Shown here: piece by piece, positions 1-13,652 of the stretch
How positions within the stretch are numbered: the stretch's first letter is position 1
Layout: each line of letters opens with the position of its first letter
Assembly: GCF_018350175.1 (NCBI RefSeq)
Contig: NC_058368.1
Location: 97,342,001 to 97,406,000 of the forward strand
From: Felis catus
Taxonomy: Eukaryota
Direction of reading: 5' to 3'
Length of the DNA stretch: 64,000 nt
The notes under the pieces: model-generated
Seen by the model: the letters and a program-made list of their open reading frames with translations, nothing else
Databases searched by the model: none
What the model was told of the DNA's origin: nothing
Made by a program: the position numbers and the translations under genes

Positions 1-692
1 CTGAGCAGAAAGATGAAGAGGATGAAATACATCCAAATTCTAAAATTTTAAGTTGCTGCCTTTTTATATGAAACTCTACATAACTAAAATGCACAATCCG
101 ATGTCACTAAAATTCTTTTGTAAAATGTAATTTAATATCAAATGGAGGCAATTTAAAAATTCAGAATTTAAATGGATATCACCTTAAATACCTGTTAAGC
201 TGTTTGACACTTAGACTATGAGAGAATGCAAAAAAAAAAAAAAAAAATCAAATATCCTATATAGGAAACATTCACTTATCAGTAAACTCAAAAAATTGAA
301 AAATCCAGTCAAGTAAACAACCTGGGTAGAAGCTATAGATTTCTGTGGGCATTACAACACTAGGTAAAATAAACCCTGAAAATAACATCTTTAGCTTATC
401 ACACATATAGTGATTATAAAAGTCCTCAGTATGACACTTGAGACACTGCAGAGAACTGCTCTGCTTTTCATGTCTGACCAAAACCTTTGTTCATAAAAGA
501 AAAAGAAAAAAAAATTCAGTTACTTGAAATGGTAGTTTCCTTCCTAGGAACACATCTTTGAACTTTAGGAGGATTTAGAATTAAGTAGTTTGGAGAGTTC
601 CACTTCCAGGAGGACAGGAAAAGCTGTTTCACAGACCAAAAGTCCAGTGAAATAAGCAAAGCTGACCAAAACTATTTTAAAAAACAATCACT

Positions 693-907
693 GGGGCACC
701 TGGGTGGCTCAGTCGGTTAAGCGTCCGACTTCAGCTCAGGTCACGATCTCACGGTCCGTGAGTTCGAGCCCCGCGTCAGGCTCTGGGCTGATGGCTCAGA
801 GCCTGGAGCCTGCTTCTGATTCTGTGTCTCCCTCTCTCTCTGCCCCTCCCCCGTTCATGCTCTGTCTCTCTCTGTCTCAAAAATAAATAAACGTTAAAAA
901 AAAAAAA
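693..907 (+). mobile_element. Carnivore SINE (SINEC, felid type)
   Basis: ggggcacctgggtggctcagtcgg head, CT tract, AATAAA/A tail; TSD aatcact. Confidence 0.92.
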
Positions 908-912
908 TCACT

Positions 913-1492
913 GAAAAATAGAAATACCCTATAACCCAGCATACTGGGTATTTATCCAAAGAATACAAAACACTAATTCAAAGGAACACATATACTATGT
1001 TCATAGAAGAATTATTTACAGTAGCCAACATATGGACACAACCCAAGTGTCCATCAAATGATGGAAGGTGTGGGGTGTGTATATCCATACATATAGTGAA
1101 ACATTATTCAGCCATAAAAAAGAATTAAATGTTGCCATTTGCAACAACATGGATGGAGCTAAAGAATAAAACGCTAAGCAAAATAAGTCAGTCAGGAAAG
1201 ACAAATGCCGTATGATTTCACTCATACGGGGAATTTAAGAAACAAACAGGCAAAGGGGAAAAAAAGGAGTAAGAGACAAAGTAAAAAACAGACTCTTAAC
1301 TATAGAGAACTGACGGTTACCAGAGGGGAGATGGGTGGAGGGATGGTTGAAATAGATGATGGGGATTAAGGAGAGCACTTGTCGTGATGAGCATTGGGTC
1401 ATGCATGGATGTTTGGATCACCTTATCGTACACCTGAAACTAATATAACACTATGCTAACTTAAGTGGAATTAAAATATAAAGTTAAGAACA
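913..1492 (+). mobile_element. 5'-truncated carnivore L1 3' end
   Basis: ORF2-terminal/3'UTR motifs (acaacccaagtgtccatc, gccatttgcaacaacatggatgga); flanked by aatcactg repeats. Confidence 0.88.
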
Positions 1493-1695
1493 AAAAACAA
1501 TCACTGTAAGTCCCTTGCAATTTTCTAGGGCATATTCAAACAAAGAAACATTACTCCAGAAAATCTACTAAAACTTGGTATTGGGACCATTTGTGGCATC
1601 TGAGCCATAACCAATTTCCTACCCTGCCCCAGGTCAAGCTGACAAACTCCACTCCATGTAGGTGTGACCAAGAGAACCAACCTCCCTCTCAGTTC

Positions 1696-1883
1696 TTTTT
1701 TTTTTTTTTAATATTTATTTATTTTTGAGAGAGAGGGAGACATAGACTCCAAAGCAGGCTCCAGGCTCTGAGCTGTCAGCACAGAGCCCAACGTGGGGCT
1801 TGAACTTATGAACCGTGAGATCATGACCCGAGCCAAGGTGGGACACTTAGGACGCTTAACTGGTTGAGCCACCCAGGCGCCCC
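1696..1883 (-). mobile_element. SINEC
   Basis: Reverse SINE with T tail; near-perfect TSD ctccct(c/cc)cagttctt. Confidence 0.9.
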
Positions 1884-4800
1884 ACTCCCTCCCAGTTCTT
1901 AATCAAGGCTTATCCCTTATGTCACAAACAAGGCAGGCCACCAGCATTTCTCACCCCCTCCACTCCAAGCAGGCTAAATTCCTGGCAAGTGTGGTCAAGA
2001 GAGCAGAGGCTGCCTTCCTCCACACAGCCTTCCGCCTATAAAACAAGCTTTACCGCAGTGCAGGAGGCTGGCGATGCTAGAGCTCCAAGCGTCCTCAACC
2101 TAGTCTGCTCACAGAACTTAAGTTTGACACCAGAAGCAGCAAGCCACAGGCTTGCTCAGCCCTGTACCCAGAACACTGGCTAGGAGAGTCTGCCCAGGAG
2201 AGGCAGACTGTAAGAAAAGAGAGCTCTGAAGCTCTCCCTAAAGGGACTGACTTCATTTGAAACAGAGTGTGAGCAAGTTCAAGCCTAAGGGTGCTCTCAA
2301 AGACAATAACTCCTCTTAATAGAGACCAACAAGCTGTATCATAAGCCAGACAGGGGATCAGAAAGAACCATGGAAGAGACAGCTTAAGAAGAGCCCACCT
2401 GCAGTCCGAGCAAACCTCAAAGAGTGGCCTCAAAAACTACCCCTGCCTGCTTGTAAGTGGATCAGACCGTTGAGATATGTATAGCCTAGGGCCCTGGATA
2501 GAAAGGATAGGACAATCAGCCGGTAATTAGTGGAGCCTAACAAGCAGGATGTTTTACCAAAAGAAGAAGGCATCTTAAGGGAAAGATCTGGAAAAGAGAC
2601 CTTCAAAGAGAACCCTGGTAAAACCACTGCGATAGTGGTCTTCTTTAACAAAAACCTCTGAGTTGTATACCTTAAAAGAATGAATGCCACGACATGTGAA
2701 TCATATCTTAATAAGGCTGTTGTTTTTAAAAATGTGAAAATGTGGTGGAAAAATAATGTTCAACCTAAATTAAGTAAGAGACAGGCATTTTGCTACTAGA
2801 CGGCATTATGTTACGTGAAGGGGGGGCTTCCTTTCCACTTTTCACCCCAGCACCTAGCATAACAAGCTACCAATGAATACTGCAGAACACATGATGGGAT
2901 CCCTCTGCATTCCCTCCTGCCTCCACTTTGGGACACCGTTCTCCTCCTACACAATTCCTCATCCTACCCCTCCCGTTGCTAACATATCACATATTGATCT
3001 CTCCTTCCTTTCCTCTCTAATATTTAAGCAATTAGTATGTATTACAAATGAAATTCAGAGTCTCAGATCTCCCTTTGCTGTAATTTGTGACCATCCTGGT
3101 AAGCAATAACACCTGAGACAAAAAGATTTACCGAAGGAAATACTTACCAAAAGCAAAAAGGAAAAACAGCATTTTATGTGTAAAAACCATAACGATGATT
3201 TAAGCTAAAATTAATTCTTTTGGTTTCTACTTTGACAGGCTCATAAAACATCATTACCTATTAATTGTAAAGCATGTCCCCTCTATTAACCTAATTCTAG
3301 TTCTAATAAGCTCTAATAAAACTATAGTTCTTTAAAACATTTTGCATTCCAACTGATCAAGTTTATGTTTAGCAAGTTACTTTACAATATAAATTTGGGC
3401 TTGCTTGTTACTTTAACAGCAAGTTCGCTCATAATTTCCTCCTCCACAATTGTTTGCATGCACTGCACTGGTGACTAGCTGCTCAAGTATTAAACCATCT
3501 CTTACCAAACTACTGGATAAGTAGCAGAGAAATTGTTCTCCTCATTCTAAAACCTTCTCTGAAGAACAAACAAGCTTCCCTACATCCAAACTTAACTCAT
3601 GAAGGTTTAAATATTTCAAATTGGTAATGGATTAAACATAAATTCAACAAATTTTTATTCAAATATTTATTGTGTACCTAACTCTGTGACAGAATTAGGC
3701 ACTTGGGGCAATGTAACAGACAAAGATTCCTGACCTCATGGAGCCTATTCTATCTATCTATGCCAGAAGGAATTTTTTACAAGTTCCTCGCTTCCTATGA
3801 ACTATTACAGTTGACAGGAAAATAAATACCAAATAACTACACATCAAAAGTGATTATAATAGTAAACATTCATTTTAAAATAAAAATCAAGCTACTTCCA
3901 GAATTTTTGTAAATCTGGAGAAGAAATGTTAATGTCTGAAGAAATATCAACTGGCCAAATGGGTACAGGTTTGGGGAGTAACTATTAAGATATGTCACTG
4001 ACAAGGTCATTCATTATCTTGCTAGGTGATCTTAAGCACATCAGAGGTTTTCAGTGTCCTCCTTCACAAAGCTGGTCACACACCAAGAAAGTTCTGGGGA
4101 ATAACTCCCAAATCGCAGGCAAAGGTTATAAAAAACATAATCATTTATGACTAGTATTTTTCAGCTAATTTATAATAGAATGACCAAAGGAGGAGTTGAG
4201 ATTTTTCTTTCTTCTACATTTGCAATGCCTTGTAAAAGCAGAAGAGAGAAAATTTTACAATGCATTGCAATGTATTATAAATACTGTTTTCCATCATTAA
4301 GATTCATCTTCTTTAAAATCTATACAACCCAATTAAGGTTAATTACATTCTTAAAATATAAATGAAATTTTCAAATAATTTCCCTGAGGAAATTTTATGA
4401 AATAAGCTTTTTCTTCTTTTCTCATTAAAGATGTAGGAATAAATATGTAGGTTTCCTGTCAGACTAAGATTGACTGGCTTCCTCAGTGCATGCTATAATA
4501 CAAGGGTACTCTGTCACTCCGGGCGTGGTATCTCTGACAGGCTGTAGGCAAATAAAATTGTATCTGACATATGACTAGCGATGCTAGGACTTAGAAAAAA
4601 CATCTTTCCAAAGTTTAATTAAATTCTTATATAATATTCACTGAAAGCTATTTTTCTCATAGGACTGATTTTAATCAAGAAAATCTCACAAAGGCAAACT
4701 TTAAAAATTAGTGAATAGATTTACAAGAATTATTATTTTTAAAGGATTTCTTTTATCTACTAAACAAAAGCAAATGTAGAACCCAGAAAAATAGTGCATC

Positions 4801-7800
4801 TCAAAGTTTCCAGTACTCAACAAAATTTTTATCGTCCCAACGGACTGAAAAGGCAAAGAACAAAGAGTTTTATAGCTTTTCAATAGATTAGCTGAAGAGA
4901 TACACTGCATTACACATAAAAATGCCAAACTTTCTAATGTTAAAATAGGTTTTGAAAAAGTAAATACCACAGTGCCCTCTACCGTCCCTTTAAAGAAACT
5001 TAAATAATCTATAAAATACTTTTTAAATTTCTGAAACAATATTCAGCATAACCAATGAAAGAAGAAACACATTTTCATTATTAACATATTATAATAAAAA
5101 TTTAGTATAATAAATACAGTATTAAATAAATTTTCATGTCATAAAGGTAATAAAAACATGTAACATCTTATCAGTTGTTAAGATGCTCTGACTGCTTCCA
5201 GTATAAATAACAATAATATTCTCATACCCACCAAAGTTGTTTTCATCACTACATTATTTTATAACTTCTTCTAGGAGTAGAGGAAGGATAGGTGTAGAAA
5301 GAAAAGAAAAACACTGATAGAGGAAGTAACGCCATAAAGAGAATATCTTTAGATGAGACTTTCAGAGACCTGTGCCCCAGACGGTATGTCTAGAGCAGTG
5401 GTTTCCAAAGCAGATTAAGTAAAATGACCCAAAGGAATGCCAAAAGAAAACATTACCACTTTCACTTTGAATTAAACATTACTAATATTTAGCATATAGA
5501 ATAACATTCCCTCCTTAGGTGGTATGTCATACGGTAATATGTTAGGATAGGTGGTATCCTGAAATAAAAAGAGGCATTCCATAACAGGTAGGGTTCACAA
5601 TGGCACCCACAAAGAAATCATACACACTTGTAAAGAATCTATACTGAAGAATCCATACTGAATCTATATTGTTCTAGTTACAAAATCACAAATGAATAAG
5701 TTTATGGCAGAGCTGTTTCTTACCTATTCCTAGTTCAAATGCTTCATTAGAGGTACAAAATTGAATCTGACAGGACAATAACTCTTTTTAATTAAGTTTT
5801 TTATTGTAATTCCACTGTTGTTAACATACAGTATTATATTAGTTTCAGGTGTACAAGATAGTGATTCAACAACTCTACACGTTACTCAGTGTTCATTATG
5901 ATAAGTATACTCTTTAATCCCCTTTATCTATTTCTAACCCTCCAGCCACCTCCCATCTGGTAACTATCAACTTGTTCTCTATAGATAAGGGTCTGTTTCT
6001 CGGTTTGCCTCTCTTTCTTTTTCCCTTTGCTCATTTGTTCTGTTTCTTAAATTCCACATATGAGTGAAATCATATGGTATTTGTCTTTCTCTGACTTCTT
6101 TTGTTTACCATAATACTCTCTAGCTCCACCCATGTTGTTGCAAATGGCAAGCTTTCATTCTTTTTATGGCTGAATAATATTCCATTGTATGTAGGTGTGT
6201 GTGTATATACATACACACACATCTTCTTTATATAATTTGGCTATTGTAGATAATGCTGCAATAAACACAGGTATATCTTTAATTAAGTGTTTTTGTTTTG
6301 GGGGGAGGGGGGTACATACCCATTAGTGCAATTACTGGATGGTAGAGTAGTTCTATTTTTAACGTTTTGAGGAACCTCCATACTGTTTTCCACAATGGCT
6401 GCACCAGTTTGCATTCCCACCAACAGTGCAAGAGGGTTTCTTTTTCTCCATACCCTCACCAACATTTGTTGTTTCTGATTTGTATTTTCTGATTTGTTGT
6501 TCTGATTTCAGCCATTCTGATAGGTGTGAAGCGCTATCTCTTTGTAGTTTTGATTTGCATTTCCCTGATGATTACTGATGTTGGGCATCTTCTCATGGGT
6601 CTGTTGGCCATCTATAGTATAGGCCTTCTTTGGAGAAATGTTTGTTCATGTTTTCTGCCTATGTTTTAATTGGATTATTTGTTTTTTGGGTGTTGAGTTG
6701 TAACAGTTCTTTATATTTGGATACTAACCATGTATCAGATATGTCATTTGCAATTATCTTCTCCCATTCCATAGATTGCCTTTTAGTTCTATTATTTCCT
6801 TCACTGTGCAGGAGCTTTTTATTTTGATGTAGTCCCAATAGTTTATTTTTCCTTTTATTTACCTTGCCTCAGGAGACATTCAGAAAAATACTATAGTGGC
6901 CAGTGTCAAGACATTACTGCCTGTGCTCTCCTCTAGGATCTTTATGGTTTCAAGTCTCACGTTTAGGTTTTTAATCCTTTTTGAGCTTACTTTTGTGTAT
7001 AGTATAAGAAAGTGGTCAAGTTTCATTCATTTGCTTGTAACTGTCCAGTTTTCCCCCACACCAATTGTTGAAGAACCTGTCTTTTTTCTGATTGGATATT
7101 CGTTCCTACTTTGTTGAAGATTAATTGACCATATAATTGTGGGCTTATTTCTGGGTTTTCTACTCTGCTCCACTGATCTATGTGTCTATTTTTGTGCCCA
7201 TACCATAGTGTTTTGATTACTACAGCTTTGTAATATAACTCTAAGTCTGGAATTGTGCTACCTCCAGTTTTGTCTTTCTTTTTTAAGATTGCTTTACCTA
7301 TTTAGGGTCTTTTGTGGTTCCATACACATTCTAGGATTATTTGTTCTAGTTCTGCAAAAAAATGCCATTGGTATTTTGATAGGGATTCATTAAATCTATA
7401 GACTACTTTGGGTAGTACAGATTTTAACAATGTTTGTTACATATTTGTTAAATGGAATGTCTCTCCATTTCTTTGTGCTGTCTTCAATTTCTTTTATCAA
7501 TGATGTACAGTTTTCAGAGTAAAGGTCTTTCACCTCTTTAGTTAAGTTTATTCCTAGGTATTTTATTATCTTTGGTACAGCTGTAAATGGGATTGTTTTC
7601 TTAATTTCTCTTTCTGCTGCTTCATTATTAGTGCACATAAATGCAAGAGATTTCTGTACACTGAGTTCGGGTCATGTGACTTTACTGAATACACTTCTTA
7701 CCATTTCTAGCAGATTTCTGGTGGAGCCTTTAGGGTTTTCTATATATAATACTATGTCATCTGCAAAGAGTAAAAATTGTACTTCTTCCTTCCCAGTGTG

Positions 7801-8019
7801 GATGCCTTTAATTTCTTTCTCTTGTCTAACTGTTGTGGCTAGGACTTCTATTACTACGCTTAGTAACAGTGGTGAGAATGGACACCCTTGTCCTGTTCCT
7901 GACTTTAGGGGAAAAACTCTGAGTTTTCCCCAACTGAGTATGCTAGCTGTGGGTTTTTCATGTAAGGTCTTTGTTATGTTTAGGTATTTTCCCTCTAAAT
8001 CTACTTTGTTGAGGTTTTG

Positions 8020-8243
8020 GGGTTTTTTGTTTTGTTTTGTTTTTGGGGGTTGTTTTCGATAGCATGCACACATGCACCTGACTGGGGACAGGCAGAGAGA
8101 GAGAGGGAAGAGAGAGAATCCCAAGAAGGCTCATGATGTCAGTACCAGAGCCTAACACGGACCTTGATCTATGAACTGTGAGATCATGACCTGAGCCAAA
8201 ATCAAGAGTCGACACATAACCAACTGAGCCACCCATGTGTCCC
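8020..8243 (-). mobile_element. Older SINEC inside L1
   Basis: Reverse SINE body (gagaatcccaag...actgagccaccca). Confidence 0.85.
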
Positions 8244-8319
8244 AAGGGGTTTTATCATGAATGGATGTTGTTGTACTTTGTCCAATGCTTTTTCTACATA
8301 TATTGAGATGATCTCTTAT

Positions 8320-8545
8320 TTTTTTTTTAATTTTTTTTATTTGACGTTTATTTATTTTTGAGACATAGAGAGACAGAGCATGAACGGGGGAGGGTCAGAG
8401 AGAGAGGGAGACACAGAATCTGAAACAGGCTCCAGGCTCCGAGCTGTCAGCACAGAGCCCGATGCGGGGCTCGAACTCACGGAGTGTGAGATCATGACCT
8501 GAGCCGAAGTCGGTCGCCCAACCGACTGAGCCACCCAGGCGCCCC
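8320..8545 (-). mobile_element. SINEC inside L1
   Basis: TSD gagatgatctctta on both sides. Confidence 0.92.
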
Positions 8546-8731
8546 GAGATGATCTCTTATTGATGGGATGTATCACATTGATTGGTTTGCAAATACTGAA
8601 CCACTCTTGCATCCTGGGAATATTTTCCACTTGATCATGGTGAACAATTTTTTTAATGTATTATTAGATTCAGTTTGCAAGTATTTTGTTGAGGATTTTT
8701 GCATCTAAGTGCATCAGAGATACAGGCTCAT

Positions 8732-8764
<33 letters not shown>

Positions 8765-9259
8765 GTGTCTTTACCTGGTTTTGGTATCTAGGTAACACTG
8801 ACCTCATAAAACAAATTTGGAAGTTTTCCCTCCTCTTCTAGTTTTTGGAATTGTTTGAGAATAAGTATTAACTCTTCTTTAAATATCTGGTAGAATTTGC
8901 CTTTGAATCCATCTGGTCCTGGACTTCTATTTATTGGGAGGTTTTTGATTACTGATTCAATTTCATTGCTGGTTATCAATCTGTTCAAATTTTCTATTTC
9001 TTCTTGCTTCAGCTTTTGGTAGATTTTATGTTTCTAGGAATTCATCCATTACTTCTAGGTTGTCCAGTTTGTTGGCATATAATTTTTCATAACATTCTCT
9101 TACAATTATTTGTATTTCTGTGGTGTTACCAGTTACTTCTCCTCTTCCATTTGTGATTTTAAGTCCTCTCTCTCCCTCTCTCTTTTTTTTTTTTTTTTTT
9201 TTTTCTTGATGAGTTTGGCTACAGATCTCTCAACTTTGTTGATCTTTTCAAAGAACCAG

Positions 9260-10135
9260 TGTGAGGAATAAGCTTAGAAATTCCCTGGACTGGGGCGCCT
9301 GGGTGGCGCAGTCGGTTAAGCGTCCGACTTCAGCCAGGTCACGATCTCGCGGTCCGTGAGTTCGAGCCCCGCGTCAGGCTCTGGGCTGATGGCTCGGAGC
9401 CTGGAGCTTGTTTCCGATTCTGTGTCTCCCTCTCTCTCTGCCCCTACCCCGTTCATGCTCTCTCTCTGTCCCAAAAATAAATAAAAACGTTAAAAAAAAA
9501 AAATTTTTTTAAAGAAATTCCCTGGACTTACACCAATGGGTTATCAAGGCATAAAGAATTAGAAAGCCATAGGATGTTTACACCCAAGTTTGGGTAAACA
9601 AGATTAGGTAAATAAGTATAGAGAAGGTGGGGCCAAAGCCCCAATATAGAGAGAGCGGAGGAAAGTCCCCAATAAAGAACATAGGTATATGAAATAACCA
9701 AGATTAGGTATTCAGGGCGGAAGTGCCCCCCAATTTAGTACTATAGCAGAAAGCTGCTTTAACAGGAGGAAAGGACCAAGTTAGCTAAACAGGTGAATTG
9801 GACTGTAGACCACTGCTGCAGGTGAAGCTGCCCAGAGCAGAGCTGATTAGGGCTCTAATCAGAAAAGGTACCTTGTTAACCCTGAGGTTATTTGCTCTGT
9901 CTCATCCCCTGGCTAGCTAAGACAAACAGAGGTGATGCCTCATGTCCACTGTAAACAACCTTCCACCCAGCTGCCCAGCGCCAGGATTTTGTTTCGTATT
10001 AACACAAAGGCATAACCCCCCATATTTTCAAGACCCATTTTTCCTCACGTCCATGAGTTAATGTTCACAGATTTATTGTCTCTTTGTGCACGTCCATCAC
10101 CATGTTTGTAAGCCTTCTGATCCTAATAAAGGGTA
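9260..10135 (+). mobile_element. ERV LTR-like element, 3' end unclear
   Basis: Starts TGTGAGG where the L1 breaks off; short internal repeats (agattaggta, cccaata); AATAAA near 10125; no terminal CA/TSD found. Confidence 0.55.
9292..9512 (+). mobile_element. Young felid SINE
   Basis: CpG-rich body; perfect 16-bp TSD agaaattccctggact. Confidence 0.95.
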
Positions 10136-10372
10136 CAGAGGAAATAAGAGAACAAAGGCATAAAGCAGAACATGAAAAACACCTGTTCGAGGGACGCATT
10201 CCAGGTGGTTAGAAGAGAGGGTATGGGAAGGGTACGGTGGAGAAAGAGATGCAAAGGCTTTGGATGACACACTAGAGCCTCGACTCCACTGTGTACCTGA
10301 AATACAAGCATGGAAGGTCTCCAGGAAAGGAATAAAATGAGCAGAACCAGATGTTAAAAATCTAATGACCTC

Positions 10373-10585
10373 GGGGCACCTGGGTGGCTCAGTTGGTTAA
10401 GGGTCTGACTGTTCATTTCAGCTCAGGTCATGATCTCACCGTCTGCAAATTGAGCCCTGCATCAGGCTCTGTGCTGACAGTGCGTAACCTGCTTGGGATT
10501 CTCTCTCTGCCCCTCCTCCTGGCTCACACACCTGCGCGCACACACACCCTGTCTCTCAAAATAAATCAATAAACATTTTTTTTAA
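10373..10585 (+). mobile_element. SINEC
   Basis: SINE head and tail; TSD aatctaatgacctc. Confidence 0.9.
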
Positions 10586-10599
10586 TCTAATGACCTCTG

Positions 10600-11437
10600 T
10601 TTGAAACGGAACTGGAAAACAGTTTGGCGACTCCTCAGAAAGTCAAACACAGAACTACCACATGACCCAGCAATTCCATTCCTAGGCATATACCCAAAAT
10701 TATTGGAACAAAAACAGATATTTGTGTGTCAAGGTTCACAGCAGCACTATCCACAATAGCCAAAAGGTAGAAACAAACCAAGTGTTCATCAACAAACCAT
10801 TGTTATTTTAACAAATAAGAAAAAAAAAAATGAATGATGGATAAACAAAAGTGGTATATACATACAATTTAGCCATAAAAAGGAAAGAAATTTTGATATG
10901 CTACAACATGGAGAGAACTTGAAAACATTCTAAGTGAAATGTCAGACACAGAAGGTTAAGTATTATATGTTACATGAAGAATCTAGAATAAGCAAATTCA
11001 TAGAAATACAAAATAAAATAGAAGTTACCACTGGCTGGGCCGGGTGGGGGTAAGGTATGGGAAGTGATTATTTGATGGGTACGGAGTCAACATTGACGAT
11101 GATGAAAAAAGTGTTGCGTACAGATAGTAGTGATGGTTACAGAACATTACGAATGTATCAATGACACTGAGTTATACAGTTAAAAGTAATTAAAATGAGG
11201 GGCGCCTGGGTGGCTCAGTCAGTTAAGCATCCAATGTCGGCTCAGGTCATGATCTCGCAGTTTGTGAGTTCGAGCCCCGTGTCAAGCTCTGTGCTGATGC
11301 TTCAGATTCTGTGCCTCCCCCCTCCCCTGCTCATGATCTGTCTCTCAATAATAAATAAACGTTAAATTTTTTTTAAAAAACAGCTAAAATGGTAAGTATT
11401 ATACATGTACATTTTAGCACAATTAAAAAAAAAAAAA
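10600..11437 (+). mobile_element. Old L1 3' end with a SINE inserted at ~11199-11380
   Basis: L1 3'UTR motifs (catgacccagcaattccattcctaggcatatacc, atgctacaacatgga) and A tail. Confidence 0.82.
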
Positions 11438-11875
11438 GTAGCCTGCCAAGTAACACGTCTACATAGGCAAAGAGTCAGATATTTCTCCAAGAGGTTAACC
11501 CCTCTCGCCCTTTGCAAAGTCCAGAGACTCATTCTATAGCTTCATTTTTTTCCCCCAAGGAACTCTGGAAGACTTCTACTTACTTCATTTCACTGCTACC
11601 TTTTTTTCCCACAGCCTTCTCATGAGGCTTCCAGTAGAGAAAGCCAAAAAAAAAAAAGAGAGAGAGAGAGAGAGGAGAGAGACAGAGAGAAGCAAACAAA
11701 TAAGTGAACAGGGGAAAACAAAATAAATTCCTAATCAGTAATATCTTCGAATTTGCCTTTCTGACTGAAAAATGAGGACCTGCTGACAAATAAGAAACTG
11801 ACCTTAGGCAGGTAAAGGATTCAAGAAATAAAAGCTCAATCTTAAAAAAGACAGTAATTAAAAAGCTCTCATCCC

Positions 11876-12100
11876 GGGGCACCTGGGTGGCACAGTCGGT
11901 TAAGCGTCCGACGTCAGCCAGGTCACGATCTCGCGGTCCGGGAGTTCGAGCCCCGCGTCAGGCTCTGGGCTGATGGCTCAGAGCCTGGAGCCTGTTTCCG
12001 ATTCTGTGTCTCCCTCTCTCTCTGCCCCTCCCCCGTTCATGCTCTGTCTCTCTCTGTCCCAAAAATAAATAAACGTTGAAAAAAAAAATTTAAAAAAAAA
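11876..12100 (+). mobile_element. Young felid SINE
   Basis: CpG-rich; TSD aaaaagctctcatccc. Confidence 0.95.
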
Positions 12101-12940
12101 AGCTCTCATCCCAAAATAACTAAAAACAGCCAGGGAACAGGAAAAGAATCTACAGATTCAAAGACCACGAAGAAACAGCTCACTGGAAATATTTATTATA
12201 TGCAGCAGGAAAACAAGAGTAGTCACACTGCTCGCTTCAATATAATCTTTTACTATATGGTGTAGGAATAAAAGTATGAAAGCCCCTCACTAGTCACCTG
12301 ACCCTGAGAGTCTATAAAAAGGAATAACTTTAAATCAAAGTTGTCTTATGTATTAAATTAAAATGCACAGGTAAAGCACTTTGTAACCTGTGAACCCTTT
12401 TTAAATGATACCAAATTTTCGACTAGACTACTTCTGAAAATTTTTTCTCACTACATAAGCACGAACAGAATGATGAATTATTAATTTGGGGCAAATGTAC
12501 TTTAAAAATTAATGTGCTTTGATGTTCTTTGAAGAAAACTTCTATCCATCAGAGGGTAATGATATAATTCTTATTTTTCTTGGGGAAAATAAATCAAACA
12601 TTTAGAAAGCTCTAACGTGGTTTTTAAAATTGGTCACTCCTCTTTGGAGACTTAATTAAGATTAAGAAAAAAAATTCCCTCTTAACATATATCATCTTTG
12701 CTCAACTTTGAACATATGATTAGTTTGCACAGTAATTTGTAAATCAGTTAGCTTTCCACATATATTACAAATGAACTACTTCAAAGAATAAACATATTTT
12801 CTATACCAATAGGAAAGAACAAATTAACTTCATACTTTTCTCTTAGGAATATGATACTTTTGATATGAACAAAGAATTAAATTTTCAAATTATCTAATTT
12901 TTTACTCTAAAAATCATCATCAAGAATCTAGTTGATTTTA

Positions 12941-13118
12941 GGGACTCCTGGGTGGCTCAGTTGGTTAAGCGTCTAACTTCGGCTCAGGTCATGATCTCAC
13001 AGCTCGTGAGTTCAAGCCCCATGTCGGGCTCTGTGCTGACAGCTCAGAGACTGGAGCCTGCTTTGGACTCTGTGTATGTGTGTGTGTCTCTCTCTGCCCC
13101 TCCCCCATTCACACTCTG

Positions 13119-13156
<38 letters not shown>

Positions 13157-13405
13157 GAATAAACATTAAAGGACTCCTGGGTGGCTTAGTTGATTAGGCG
13201 ACCAACTTCGGCTCAGGTCATGATCTCACAGTCCATGAGTTCAAGCCCCATGTCGGGCTCTGTGCTGACAGCTCAGAGCCTGGAGCCTGCTTCAGATTCT
13301 GTGTCTCCCCCTCCCCTGCTCACACTCTGTGTCTCTCTGTCTCTCAATAATAAATAAACATTAAAAAATTTTTTTAATTAAAAAAAATGTTTTTTTAATT
13401 TTTTT
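12941..13405 (+). mobile_element. Head-to-tail SINE dimer (12941-13170, 13171-13405)
   Basis: Both units start ggactcctgggtggct; one TSD aatctagttgatttta brackets the pair. Confidence 0.88.
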
Positions 13406-13435
13406 AATCTAGTTGATTTTAAATTTACCAAAATA

Positions 13436-13652
13436 GGGGCGCCTGGGTGGCACAGTCGGTTAAGCGTCCGACTTCAGCCAGGTCACGATCTCGCGGTCCG
13501 TGAGTTCGAGCCCCACGTCGGGCTCTGGGCTGATGGCTCGGAGCCTGGAGCCTGTTTCCGATTCTGTGTCTCCCTCTCTCTCTGCCCCTCCCCCGTTCAT
13601 GCTCTGTCTCTCTCTGTCCCAAAAATAAAATAAAAAACGTTGAAAAAAAAAA
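13436..13652 (+). mobile_element. Young felid SINE
   Basis: CpG-rich; TSD tttaaatttaccaaaata. Confidence 0.95.

Larger units (their letters stand above)
595..2640 (+). mobile_element. Old L1M (L1MD/L1MC-like) 5'-end fragment interrupted by younger elements
   Basis: Motifs such as gaaacattactccagaaaatctactaaaacttggt resemble L1MD 5' consensus; interrupted by SINEs and an L1 3' end. Confidence 0.5.
5785..9259 (-). mobile_element. Degenerate carnivore L1 (ORF2 fragments plus 3'UTR)
   Basis: ORF2 peptides KYLGINLTKEVKDLY, GTGQGCPFSPLL...LFADDIVLYIENP (RT), SPGPDGFKGKFYQIFKEE, broken by stops and frameshifts; two SINEs inside. Confidence 0.95.

Noticed and set aside
3140..3152. Minus-strand donor-like TTG|GTAAGT in intron 1
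   Set aside because: No paired acceptor or DTWD2-like coding sequence identified; such motifs are common by chance.
5785..9259. Active reverse transcriptase gene
   Set aside because: L1 ORF2 is truncated, frameshifted and interrupted by SINEs.
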